Source of the DNA: Eledone cirrhosa
Lineage: Eukaryota
Direction of reading: 5' to 3'
Assembly: GCA_964016885.1 (NCBI GenBank)
Contig: OZ024742.1
Coordinates: 55,180,001 to 55,244,000 of the forward strand
Length of the DNA stretch: 64,000 nucleotides
In this document: in pieces, positions 1-15,251 of the stretch
Layout: each line of letters starts with the position of its first letter
Position numbering within the stretch: position 1 is the first letter of the stretch
The notes under the pieces: generated by a model
What the model was told of the DNA's origin: nothing
The model's input: only the letters and a program-made list of their open reading frames with translations
Database searches by the model: none
Position numbers and translations under genes: made by a program

Positions 1-342
1 CAATTCCAAATAAATGTTTTTCTCTATATGTTAAGAATTATTTCAAGAGTAACTTACTACTTTGAAAATTTGGAGTGTGAACAACAATTATAATTGAGTG
101 GCTGCTAGTTGCAGTATAGCAATATAAGGTTGCACTTACCAATGCAATGGTCGTAAATACCTGGATAAAATCCTTCTCTTAATGCTTACCTGTGTTTTCT
201 CTTTTATACTTTATACTCCAAGATTGAACGGAATTCTTACAAACTTGTGGAGTTACCCCTAACCGTACGTTGAAACCATCCATGAAACTGGCTTTTTTAA
301 CCAAAAACTGGATCACAATAAGCGATTTTTGGCTTCTCTAAC
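1..342 (+). mobile_element. 3' end (pLTR + ~130 nt tail) of a Penelope-like element, family B; runs into (TA)n
   Basis: 1-210 is a close copy of 38773-38985 (PLE 3' UTR); degenerate hammerhead (TTGAAAA...GCAAT instead of GAAAC); continues ~130 nt past the point where the 38985 copy ends. Confidence 0.75.
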
Positions 343-912
<570 letters not shown>

Positions 913-929
913 CGTCTGTGAATCTGTCT

Positions 930-1477
930 GTTGACACCTGGAATATAGCTTAAGAGAAACTTGAAGATAATAGTATGATAGGCACTCAATATTTTGAACT
1001 GGTCTATAGAATTCCCTAGACCTTTGTCATTCTAACTAGAACTTTAAAGAATTAGCTTTTCTTTAAATCCATCAACCATGACCGACCCCCAAAAATCTCA
1101 TAGAAACCTGAAATATAGGCATTGTTAGCTTAAGAGAAACTTAAAAATAAGGAGTGGCACTCCATTCTGAACTTGTTTATAGAATTCTTTCTGCCTTTGT
1201 TACTCTAAATATGAATAATAGCTTTAAAGAATTAGCCTTTAATGAATTCCATTTTCTATCAACCAATGACCTCTACCCATCCCACTCCCCACCCTCTCCT
1301 GCTACCGGAAGAGACCTATAAATACCATATTTATTTTTTGATACCCAGATTCCTGATGATTTCTAAAGAATGAAACAGTTCTAGTCCTGTAGAATCTCAT
1401 CTATATTAAAACTTTTATACTCTGCTATGTACCTTACTTACTGTGGTTACCTCCGATTCAACCCGGAATAACGTACG
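930..1477 (+). mobile_element. Non-coding PLE 3' remnant with ~175 bp tandem duplication and hammerhead
   Basis: 935-1105 repeated at about 1105-1270; hammerhead at 1347-1397; ends in (TA)n. Confidence 0.6.
1347..1397 (+). ncRNA. Type I hammerhead ribozyme
   Basis: AGATTC-CTGATGA-tTTCtaaaGAAt-GAAAC AG..CT GTA-GAATCT: stem I AGATTC/GAATCT, stem III ACAG/CTGT, GUA cleavage triplet. Confidence 0.8.
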
Positions 1478-1478
1478 T

Positions 1479-2493
<1,015 letters not shown>

Positions 2494-2526
2494 ATTGAAC
2501 CTTGTTTAACCTTTAAATACACACAC

Positions 2527-2667
<141 letters not shown>

Positions 2668-3017
2668 TCATATATGTGTATATTTGAAGTTTAAACAAGG
2701 TTCAATGAATAAATCAAGGAATAAAGTTTTACAATAAAGTTTTTCATGTCTCAATCTTACATTACTGCTTCAGCTGTCGCATACCACTAACATTGTGTGA
2801 TGTACATAAAGTTATTCTGTATAAATACGCCTCTGCAATGCCTATCTATTCATGGTAGACTTCAAAATATTATTACTATCGTGATGTTGATTATATTTAA
2901 TTTTGACTGTACATGACCTTCAAATATAATTACATTTCAATCGTGCTTCTCCGATATCATCCAGCGTAAACATGCGGAGATTACAAACACATACACACAC
3001 ACACACACTCGTGTATA

Positions 3018-3048
<31 letters not shown>

Positions 3049-3466
3049 ATGTACATGCATATACATATATATATATATATTTATATATGTACATGTATAT
3101 ATATATATATATATATATACATGCTTTCAGGCACTTTTCAGCTATTATATTTTGACATCGAAAAATAGTTTTCAATGAATATGGAAGAACGATTTCAACA
3201 GCAACAGACACATTATTTCACAGTTTCCGGACCTGCTGCACAGTAACTTGGACATAGAAACGTCACGTTATTCGGCAAATTTGAAAATGAGTATTGTTGC
3301 AGAGATTCCTTAATAAAACAAACCACTCGATATGTAACGCAAAACGGAAACTATCAAAGGACAAAAAAAAAAAATGAAACATAAAGAAATGAGAAAATGA
3401 AAATGATGTGAGAAGTAAGTAACAACTTGCAAAACATGAGTTAATAAAAATAAAAGTTCTGTTTTG

Positions 3467-3568
<102 letters not shown>

Positions 3569-3649
3569 TATATTAAATACATATATAGAAAGAGAAGGAG
3601 AGAGATAGAGGTAGAGTAAAACAGAAGTTTCGACGCCAATAATACACTA

Positions 3650-4529
3650 GTACTTTATCGTTCACGGAATACGAAAAGCACAATTTCTAACCAACAATCC
3701 CGTGAAGCATTTCCTTGGCCTTATTGGCTCTATTTCTTTTCTATTTAAAAACTATGATAGAGGAAACCCCACGTATACTTAAGTAGAAATAGATTTTTTT
3801 CTTTTTTCTTCATTAGTTACACACTCTAATTACATTTAGGTTGATCTTTGCATACCTACACTTATAATCAGTTTCTATTCTTCCTTAGGTTAATCCAGCA
3901 TATGTTCATACTTGTTAAATATTCATAGATCCAGCCGAACAGATAGCCATGGGTATTTTTCATTATGAAAGAAAATACTAGTGAATTACTGTATTGAGGC
4001 GCCGTTCCAGTGCATTAAAGTAACTGATAACTAAATTTTATTTATTAGGAATTTAATTAATATTAATATCTATAAGCTTTGCTATTTAGCTATAAACTTG
4101 GCATACTTACTTTCACTCTAACGACCCTTCTTGATTCTGATTTACTTTCCTACCCCCATTAGAGAGGGTTGTAAAGATTTATCTCTTAACGCCTGGGCGG
4201 TTGGCACCCACAGGTCAGAATGTCAGCTTACTCCCTGCCCGTTGTTCTATAGGCAAGTTCAGACTCCCCCTGCTGCTATGAAGGAATCTAACCATGTACA
4301 TGACATCCCCAAATCATTGACCGCCTCCTGTGACGGACAAGAAAAACCAACAAAATTTAGGATTGTTTTTGTTACTTCTGCTTTTTTTGTTTTGACTGCA
4401 TGCTCATATATGGACTGTATCTCTTGATAAGTTCAGGTAGGTCCTTGCTATCCTAATACTGCTGGGTTAGTTCGGATCTTGCTGTCGAAACGACCGGAGC
4501 TCAGCCGTCGGGGTCCCGATTCTTTTCCT
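3650..4529 (+). mobile_element. Diverged PLE 3' UTR/pLTR, related to family A
   Basis: 3' part resembles 10200-10446 and 39058-39330; same hammerhead layout; ends TTCC|(TA)n. Confidence 0.7.
4419..4514 (+). ncRNA. Hammerhead ribozyme, U3-A8 variant
   Basis: ATCTC-TTGATAA-long stem II (AGGTCC/GGATCT)-GAAAC...GAGCTC...GTC-GGGGT. Confidence 0.65.
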
Positions 4530-4935
4530 ATATATATATATATATATATTTTTTTTTTTATATTGTATATATATATATATACAGTTTCGTGCTGTAGAAA
4601 CAGGACCGTCCTTATTAGGTTTAGACTGAATGCTCTATACAAATGTTCTACACAAAAGTTCCACTGCATCAATACATAACACTTTACAAAGAAGATATGA
4701 ATAATGGTAGAACAGTAAAATTGTATAATAGATGAACGTGTTTATTCATATTGCAGCGTAAAAGTACAATTAAAAACAAACAATCCAGCCACCTCGAACG
4801 TGGGAATATGTATAATGAAAGACATGACACACGACGTAACTGCCGAACAAGTTGTGGATGTCAGGATACAAGCAATCACATTCTCCAGTGCTTATCTGTC
4901 ATAGAAGGAAATACTATATATATATATATATATAA

Positions 4936-5051
<116 letters not shown>

Positions 5052-5269
5052 GCCTGTATGAGAGAGAGAAAGAAAGAATATGTGAGTTTGATGTGTGTGT
5101 TATGTCTATTAGCGTCTGTGTATTCGGGGCATGGTAGACTTATTGCCTTCATACACCGGAAATTTATGAACGATTTAGAAAATACGGTGATCCGCCTGAC
5201 AATGCGAACTATCGTCTGAAATATATGACATCAAATAATTGTTTATATTTTTAGGCACGAGGCCAGCAA

Positions 5270-5415
5270 TTACCCAGTACATTACTGGTACTTTATTTTA
5301 TAGACCCCATTAAGGATGAAAGGCAAAGTTAACCTCCGCGGGATTTGAACTCACATCATAAAGGGACGTATGATCTGAGTTCAAATCCCGCCGAAGTTAA
5401 CTTTGCCTTTCAATG
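5270..5415. mobile_element. Two opposed fragments of a tRNA-derived SINE core
   Basis: GAGTTCAAATCCCGCCGAAGTTAACTTTGCCTTTCA (B-box + core) at 5377-5412 and its reverse complement at 5317-5352; similar to 19866-19945. Confidence 0.65.
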
Positions 5416-7228
5416 ACATCAAATAATGTAACCTGAAATATATATGAACTTGAACGTCTTTGATCATAGATATGATCTTTGATATCAATGAATACGGCCA
5501 GTAAAGTAGATCAATTATATCTCGCGGCAACGAATTGACATAATTACACATTAAAAAAAAAAAAATGTATGAAGGCAACGTGAAATAGGTTAATTCATAC
5601 TGACAAGGAAATGAGGGCGAATGTTTTTGCTGTTGACTTCAACGGACAATAGGAAATTTAATATACGGCTGTTGATGTATCAAAAGACACCAAGAAAATA
5701 AACTTGTTTCTATGTTTTCATTATTTTCCAACAGATGGTTAATTATTTTCAAACCATATGGCAGAAATATCCTTGTACAATGTTGAAATTAAGTTACTAA
5801 CAACCACGTCATCCATGCAGTCAAATACATAATGGTCACTAATTAATATTTAAATGTGTAAAACAATATAGTGTAAAGATGTGAAATTACGTCAAACTTA
5901 TTACGTAGAAAATGCACACGGAAAGAATACATTTTCACGAGACCAATGTACATATACATCAGTTTGTGTTACGAATGAACAATAGATATTGAACTAGTGA
6001 AATAAATTGAATAATAATTAATTTATAATTTAGTTTTGTTATTAAGATTATTACTATTTTTAATAATAATGGTAAATTTTGCATAGAGGAAACTGATGAG
6101 CACAGAAATATTAACTACATTATAAATACCATTAACAATACTATTTATTATATAGAAACCATATATTTTATTCATTTTTGGTTGTAAATTGAGATCATCG
6201 CAGAATATTATTGACTAGAGCATCAATAAGCTCCTTCAGATGACAGTTATTGGAATAAAATTACACCTGTAATATTCGACTAAATTATAAGGTGAATTTC
6301 TGCAGCTGCACATATTACCATATACATAATCAGAAATTAATGTCGATTCTAATGAGTGCGTTTTACCAATAGACATGTTCTAGTGATAAGTATAAAATTA
6401 TAATTATTCATCATAAAACATTTGGAGTGAATATGCCAATGAAAATTAATATATTGAGAAATGTGAAAAATTACATCTTTACAAAAGCCAGCATCAAAAA
6501 ATTCCGAAAAATGTACTTGCCAGCCTCTAATAATTTTCTAATTACATATATGAAAGTGTTCCAGTATCTAAATCACTTTTTTGTTAACAAATATTACTAC
6601 AACATATATACAATTAATTTCCATTAAACGTGTATAACAATCGATCTTACATTGTTCAATATTTTCATTAGATTTATATTACAATTGTACATAATTATAT
6701 CCAATTTTGATTAACCAAAATATATACAAACAAAGATAAATATAATTCTGCAAATACACTGAAGTGTTATTATACAAAGTGTCAATCTAGACAAATGAAA
6801 TTTCGTATCAGTATTACCATGAAGAGCAGATTGAAAATCACTGCAACACAAGTGCCATTTATTCGTCGTCCATCATTTGAAAATCTGAAATAGATAAACA
6901 TTACATTATAATAACTAAAAAAATGAAGTAAATACGATGTCGGCTATGATAGAAAATTATTTATTTAAACGTGTTTATGAGAATATAAGAAATGGACTTA
7001 TAATGAGACACACACACACAAACACACACATATCTATCTATCTATATACTACTAAAACTCTGTGTTTGCTCGCTTGTTTGTTTGTCTGTAATGTAATACA
7101 GCGAAAGGGATGCGTAATGGGAAAATACTTTGAAACGAAGTTGACTTTGAAATGGGGATACAAATGGAATAAATCAAGATTCACGTAAATCGGATATAGG
7201 TTTTTTCCGGGTACCTTCATAAATAGAG

Positions 7229-7308
<80 letters not shown>

Positions 7309-7367
7309 TTGTGAGAGAGTAGATTGAAAGAGAGACATAGAAAGAAGTAGGGGAGGCAGAAAAGAAT

Positions 7368-7405
<38 letters not shown>

Positions 7406-7433
7406 CAGAGAGAGAGAGAGATGGTGGTGTCGT

Positions 7434-7471
<38 letters not shown>

Positions 7472-7722
7472 AGTGTGTGTATATATATGTGTGTGTGTCA
7501 ATGATCAGTGTATATAGATCACAGACACCCACATACACACACACACACATTTATATATATACATACACATACGTATATATATGGGCCTTCCAGTTTCATT
7601 TCACATTATATACATGTCTGTCTATATCTTAATTATTTAAAAATTATTTTTAAGTGAACATGATTTTAAAAAAATATTTTGAACTGAACTTGACCCAACG
7701 GGACATGAGTGGTCTAGTATAT

Positions 7723-7772
<50 letters not shown>

Positions 7773-7863
7773 CGAAGGAAATGTGGTAAGGAACCAGGTG
7801 GACCATAACGCACCAAAGTACTCAATACTTGAGGTAGTAGAGTGGGTAATAGGAACCAGTAAG

Positions 7864-7957
7864 ACCCCGACAGCTGAGCTCAAGCCGTTTCGACGGCTAA
7901 TTCTGGACTAAATGAAAATTTATCCTGGTATTTAAATAGCCGATCTTCTCAAGGGGT
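7864..7957 (-). ncRNA. Hammerhead ribozyme, U3-A8 variant (mirror of 10339-10432)
   Basis: Reverse complement of the 10339-10432 motif. Confidence 0.8.
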
Positions 7958-8989
7958 AATTCCATATATGGTCAAAGTGATTGTCAAAAATCAGTAGTAA
8001 TTCTGTGGTTGCAAATTAGTAGGGGAGATGGTGGCTAAACCTGCCAGTAGGAGAAAGAGGGGAGGGGGTGGAGTAGACCCAATCAAGCGTTGGTAGTGCC
8101 AGCTACAGCTGGGCATGAGGTCAAAGAAGATACAGGGGAGGGGGAGGGGGAGGAAGTCGGAACGGTAGGTAGAACAATGGGGGGTAGAAATAGGAAAGAA
8201 AAAAAAAAAAAAAAATACTGAGAGTGAAGAAAGGCAAATAAGTGTAAAGAAAAGTAAAGTAAATTAAATTCTACGACCTAGGTGTCAGGCTATTGTTAGG
8301 CGAGAATAAAATAAAGAAAGAAAGAAAGAAGTAAAAAAATAAATAAATGAATAAATAAGGAAATAAGTAAGAGAACTAGGTGGGACGAATTAGGCAAGGA
8401 CCCTTTTAAGAGGTATAAGTACGTAAATGATACGGTGACGGGTCAACAAAAGGGGCCAAAATACTAAAGAGACTACCACGAAATAAACAATAAAGGTTTC
8501 CATCCCGGGCCAGCAACGACCCAGTGCAGCAAAGTGAACTTGTACGAGATAATAATTCTGAGTCCCGAGAAAAATATATACTAATGCTAACTCTAAAAGA
8601 TCTAAAACAAGCTACATGAAAGTTCGTACGAAATAAAGGTAGAATACGGAGAAATAAATTCAGAATCCACCCCGCCCAGAAGAAAAGCGAAGCAAGAAAT
8701 ACTGAAACGAAAAAATAAGGCATGTGCCACTAAGAAATATAGAGGGCACAGAGAATAGTGGGAGCGGTCGGAAAAAGGGGGAAAGTATCCGGGGTCTAAG
8801 CCAGCTACTATAAAGGGCGGAGTCCGCCAAATCTATCAAAGACTAGGGGAGGGGGGGTGGGGGTACTAAGGCTACATGGGGCCAAAGGGCAGCCTCGGGT
8901 GGGCGAGAAAAGACGCCGACAAAGGAGAAGAGCTGGGGTAGAAGGACAAAGGGGAGAGGGGGGAAGGAAATAAAGGAAGCGATAAAAGA

Positions 8990-9226
8990 ATATGGGACCT
9001 CAAGGACAACAACATCACCTATGATCTCACTTGGAGATTACTGTCCAGAGCCAATTCTTACACGGGAGGACGCCGTCCGTGCAATTTATGCTCGGAGGAA
9101 ACTTTACAAATGCTGTTTTCGACGGACCAACTCCTAAACAAGAAAGATGAACTGGTTACTGCATGTAAACATAGATTGCGTAGGAAATACCTCGCCCTCA
9201 AACCCCATAATGACCCGGGGGGGTAG
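8990..9226 (+). pseudogene. C-terminal fragment of PLE GIY-YIG endonuclease (not in ORF track)
   Basis: Manual translation IWDLKDNNITYDLTWRLLSRANSYTGGRRPCNLCSEETLQMLFSTDQLLNKKDELVTACKHRLRRKYLALKPHNDPGG*; W.LL..A..Y...C.LC..E...LN...E....C.H pattern. Confidence 0.85.
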
Positions 9227-10338
9227 ACTAGGGCTATAACACCCCAGTTGCCGATTTTGCAATAGGTAACCCCTGCTTGCCAAGGAAGACGTAAGATCTT
9301 CTTTGTATTCTTTTATCGCTTCCTTTATTTCCTTCCCCCCTCTCCCCTTTGTCCTTCTACCCCAGCTCTTCTCCTTTGTCGGCGTCTTTTCTCGCCCACC
9401 CGAGGCTGCCCTTTGGCCCCATGTAGCCTTAGTACCCCCACCCCCCCTCCCCTAGTCTTTGATAGATTTGGCGGACTCCGCCCTTTATAGCAGCTGGCTT
9501 AGACCCCGGATACTTTCCCCCTTTTTCCGACCGCTCCCACTATTCTCTGTGCCCTCTATATTTCTTAGTGGCACATGCCTTATTTTTTCGTTTCAGTATT
9601 TCTTGCTTCGCTTTTCTTCTGGGCGGGGTGGATTCTGAATTTATTTCTCCGTATTCTACCTTTATTTCGTACGAACTTTCATGTAGCTTGTTTTAGATCT
9701 TTTAGAGTTAGCATTAGTATATATTTTTCTCGGGACTCAGAATTATTATCTCGTACAAGTTCACTTTGCTGCACTGGGTCGTTGCTGGCCCGGGATGGAA
9801 ACCTTTATTGTTTATTTCGTGGTAGTCTCTTTAGTATTTTGGCCCCTTTTGTTGACCCGTCACCGTATCATTTACGTACTTATACCTCTTAAAAGGGTCC
9901 TTGCCTAATTCGTCCCACCTAGTTCTCTTACTTATTTCCTTATTTATTCATTTATTTATTTTTTTACTTCTTTCTTTCTTTCTTTATTTTATTCTCGCCT
10001 AACAATAGCCTGACACCTAGGTCGTAGAATTTAATTTACTTTACTTTTCTTTACACTTATTTGCCTTTCTTCACTCTCAGTATTTTTTTTTTTTTTTCTT
10101 TCCTATTTCTACCCCCCATTGTTCTACCTACCGTTCCGACTTCCTCCCCCTCCCCCTCCCCTGTATCTTCTTTGACCTCATGCCCAGCTGTAGCTGGCAC
10201 TACCAACGCTTGATTGGGTCTACTCCACCCCCACCCCTCTTTCTCCTACTGGCAGGTTTAGCCACCATCTCCCCTACTAATTTGCAACCACAGAATTACT
10301 ACTGATTTTTGACAATCACTTTGACCATATATGGAATT

Positions 10339-10432
10339 ACCCCTTGAGAAGATCGGCTATTTAAATACCAGGATAAATTTTCATTTAGTCCAGAATTAGC
10401 CGTCGAAACGGCTTGAGCTCAGCTGTCGGGGT
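10339..10432 (+). ncRNA. Hammerhead ribozyme, U3-A8 variant with extended stem II
   Basis: ACCCC-TTGAGAA-GATCGGCTA...TAGCCGTC-GAAAC GGC tTGAGCTCA GCT GTC-GGGGT. Confidence 0.82.
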
Positions 10433-10442
10433 CTTACTGGTT

Positions 10443-10531
<89 letters not shown>

Positions 10532-10584
10532 ATTAATAAAAACAATGGAATAAAAACAAAGAACAGGTTCCTTATATTGAAACA

Positions 10585-10725
10585 TTCATCATTTACGATC
10601 GTTTCTGGGATATATATGTGTGTTGGTATGTATATCATATTAAAGATCTATGTAACAAAAATTACAAATTATCAAAGGAGATATACATACCTTCACCTAT
10701 ACATGCCATCTTCAGAAATGATGAA
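10585..10725 (-). ncRNA. Hammerhead ribozyme (mirror of 11792-11936)
   Basis: TTCATCATTT-CTGAAGA...GAAACGATCGTA-AATGATGAA on minus strand. Confidence 0.72.
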
Positions 10726-11791
10726 GTATGTTTATTGAAAGAAACAAAGTATTAATATAAAAGGTCTGTAGTGGCTACGTCTAACCAATTCAAAGTAAGA
10801 TGTAATACCCACAAACATAGTTTTTAAAATGCCGCATTAGCTAATACAACCTCCTTGGTTGATGCAATTAATAATTATAGAAATAGGGATATTGATTACA
10901 ACCAGACATGGAGCGTGCTCAAAAGGGCCACCCTTTATCAAAATAGCAGATATGAGTGTAGATTATGCTCCCTAGAACTATTTGAAATCATGAAATCTAA
11001 TGATATCCTTAATTATATCATGCAATCATAGAATTAGAAAAAGCTTCAAATATTATAAACATAATTAGTATATACCTCACTTTTATATTTTACAAATCAT
11101 TATGATTAAGTAAAACATGTTTTTTTAATTTAGTTAACCTATAATTAGAAATATACTACAGAGAATTTCATAATTTTATTTCCCTCTTACAGCCCACTTT
11201 ACCTAAAGTCATCTTTAACCTCACTACTTCTTTTAACTGCACCCCCTATATATCACATTTAATACCTAGGATTATTAAATATAATTAATATCTTTAAAAC
11301 TGCTTTTTATAAAATGTTATCTATTTCAGTTTTTCTATATATATTTTTTATTTTTTTATTTTTTTACTTCTTTATTTATCACATCAGAATTAATATAATT
11401 TTAACTCTGTAAGTATACCTAACAATTAATTTAATTTCCTTTTATGTAACTAGGTTCCTTGAAATTTAAATAGGATTAGTATTTAGCACTAACACTCTCA
11501 TCCCACAAATTTCTTTCCCTTCGCTTTTAACAGTATGTTTTAATAACATCAAATTTTTGGGGGAGTCCTTCACTATCTTCTGGATTTGACCTCATTTTAA
11601 CCCCTATCTGTCTGTTCCCCATTCTATTCTTTTCATTCAAAGCATAAATGTACACTCCTCCCCTCCTAACATAAAATTCTACTACCGTAATTCTATCAAC
11701 TTGACCTCTAACTCTTTTCTATTGGTCAATTCAAAACCTGTTCCCAAACAGGCTTTTTATATTACTACTTTGTTTCTTTCAATAAACATAC

Positions 11792-11936
11792 TTCATCATT
11801 TCTGAAGACGGCATGTATAGGTGAAGGTATGTATATATATATCCTCTGATAATTTGTAATTTTTTTACATAGATCTTTAACATGATATACATCCCAACAC
11901 ACATATATATCCCTGAAACGATCGTAAAATGATGAA
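11792..11936 (+). ncRNA. Hammerhead ribozyme with ~105 nt domain II
   Basis: Stem I TTCATCATTT/AAATGATGAA (10 bp), CTGAAGA, GAAAC GATC GTA (palindromic ACGATCGT). Confidence 0.78.
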
Positions 11937-12128
11937 TTTTTCAATATAAGGAACCTGTTCTTTGTTTTTATTTCATTGTTTTTATTAATTTATCTTGACT
12001 CTGTTTTCCTATCATTTTTATCGTTAATTTTTTAAAGCATTTTCTCTTTTCATGATATCTTCTATATTTGGATTACATTGAGTTCTTCATACGGATTGGA
12101 CGCTACCGTTTATTTTGGAAGATTTATA

Positions 12129-12179
<51 letters not shown>

Positions 12180-12387
12180 TTGCGTATAATGGTAGCTATG
12201 GTGCTTCCATAGGCGGTATGCCAAAATTAGCACTCAATATTCATACAGAGTAGAGTGTGGATAGTATAAAAAAACGAAAAATCAGTGATACATCTGGACT
12301 CAGTTTATTGCGTGTTACAATTGTTTCACCGGCAGGTAGCTCGATATATATATATACATAGTATATATATAATATATATAATATATA

Positions 12388-12591
12388 TAAACAACTATCT
12401 GGTTGTGGAACCAACCAACCAACCAGAAATTTATAAATTTGTAAATTTATAAATATTTAATAAATTAAATTGAAGTGAAAGCAACTGGTGCGTGTGTTTC
12501 TTATTGGCAACATGACCCTCCCAAAGTATAACAATATCGGTTTCAACACACGATTTCAGATAAAGAATCTTGCTAAACAAATTCAGAAACG

Positions 12592-12594
<3 letters not shown>
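12388..12594 (+). mobile_element. Family D PLE terminal fragment + 57 nt tail
   Basis: 12388-12537 is the reverse complement of about 1585-1715; extends 12538-12594 then (TA)n. Confidence 0.85.
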
Positions 12595-12679
<85 letters not shown>

Positions 12680-12963
12680 ATATATATATGTATATATATG
12701 TGTGTGTGTGTGTATATATACAAATATAAATTAGCGAGAATCGTATTTCGGCTATTGGAAATTAGCGAAAAACAACTTCCATTTTGTGTGGTAAGTGCTC
12801 AATGAATTCTAACGAACCAGAGCTACAACATACGTTAAAGGGCCAAACACACTGAGACGATGGTTAAACCATTATCCGCACAGCCATAGAAACGACCAAG
12901 TAATTCGTGTCAAACAAATAAGAAAATGTGATTATATATATAGAGATATGTATATGTATATAT

Positions 12964-13045
<82 letters not shown>

Positions 13046-13074
13046 ATGTATATATATATATATATATATACATG

Positions 13075-13157
<83 letters not shown>

Positions 13158-13174
13158 CTATATATATACATATC

Positions 13175-13949
<775 letters not shown>

Positions 13950-13998
13950 TTTTATTTATATGTATATAAATAAATAAATATATATATATATATATATA

Positions 13999-14045
13999 TT
14001 TCGTTTCTGAATTATTGGCAACATGACCGTCCCAAAGTATAACAA
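13999..14045. mobile_element. 47 bp two-ended family D mini-insertion
   Basis: TTTCGTTTCTGAATT (reverse complement of tail tip 12580-12594) joined to ATTGGCAACATGACCGTCCCAAAGTATAACAA (terminus, cf. 12503-12534), TA on both sides. Confidence 0.85.
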
Positions 14046-14059
14046 TATATATATATATA

Positions 14060-14605
<546 letters not shown>

Positions 14606-14826
14606 AATATGAGATAATTATTTCATTTACCAAAGGTCTCACGAAGACAGACGACACCCTGACACAGACGTCTGACTTCGGTCGTCAGAAACTCGAAGTT
14701 AGCCGTCTGTGTCAAGCTCGTAATGAAATACTTATCTTATGTTGTTTATCACAAAACTAAAAAGCTCTCTAGCCTACATAGAGCACTCTCTTTTCCTTTA
14801 CCTTTCCTACGGAAACACTTCATATG

Positions 14827-14892
<66 letters not shown>

Positions 14893-14995
14893 GTGTTTCC
14901 GTAGGAAAGGTAAAGGGAGAGAGAGAGAGAGGTAGAACACTGGAAGGTAATATCCGTAGTGGTAGAGCACTCAGTCCATGGGACGAGTTAGGCAG

Positions 14996-15088
<93 letters not shown>

Positions 15089-15095
15089 CATATAC

Positions 15096-15251
15096 AGGGG
15101 CTGGCTTATTAAGAACTTTCAATGTTTATTTTAGGTTTTGTCGCCTGAGGAACTCGGGCTATCTTAACTAATAGTCGTCAGTGAAATATGTATAACGGAA
15201 TATTATATAAAGCTGACCTAACTGAATATGGCCTCCGATCTTTTCTTAATA
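15096..15251 (+). mobile_element. ~155 bp hammerhead-bearing mini-element in (TA)n
   Basis: CTGAGGA-ACTcgGGCTAT..ATAGTCgtcAGT-GAAATATGTATA at 15145-15194; TATTAAGAA (15107) inverts terminal TTCTTAATA (15243). Confidence 0.65.

Larger units (their letters stand above)
7771..10447. mobile_element. Fold-back Penelope-like insertion, family A: ~1.14 kb near-perfect inverted arms around a GIY-YIG C-terminus, flanked by (TA)n
   Basis: 7849-8992 is the reverse complement of 9306-10447 with only a few differences seen; 78 nt extra tail at 7771-7848. Confidence 0.92.
10531..12125. mobile_element. Fold-back PLE insertion, family C: 220 bp inverted arms, decayed GIY-YIG, ~135 nt tail
   Basis: 10531-10751 inverts 11766-11990; 10755-11010 (+) reads ..SNQFKVRCNTHKHSF*...TWSVLKRATLYQNSRYECRLCSLELFEI; (TA)n both sides. 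Confidence 0.85.

Noticed and set aside
6093-6112. CTGATGAGCACAGAAA hammerhead-like word
   Set aside because: No stem II or stem I can form
8406-9892. Two identical 105 aa hydrophobic ORFs (8406-8723 and 9575-9892)
   Set aside because: They are the two arms of one inverted repeat within a T-rich PLE 3' UTR; no recognisable motif, and the sister subfamily UTR does not visibly conserve it
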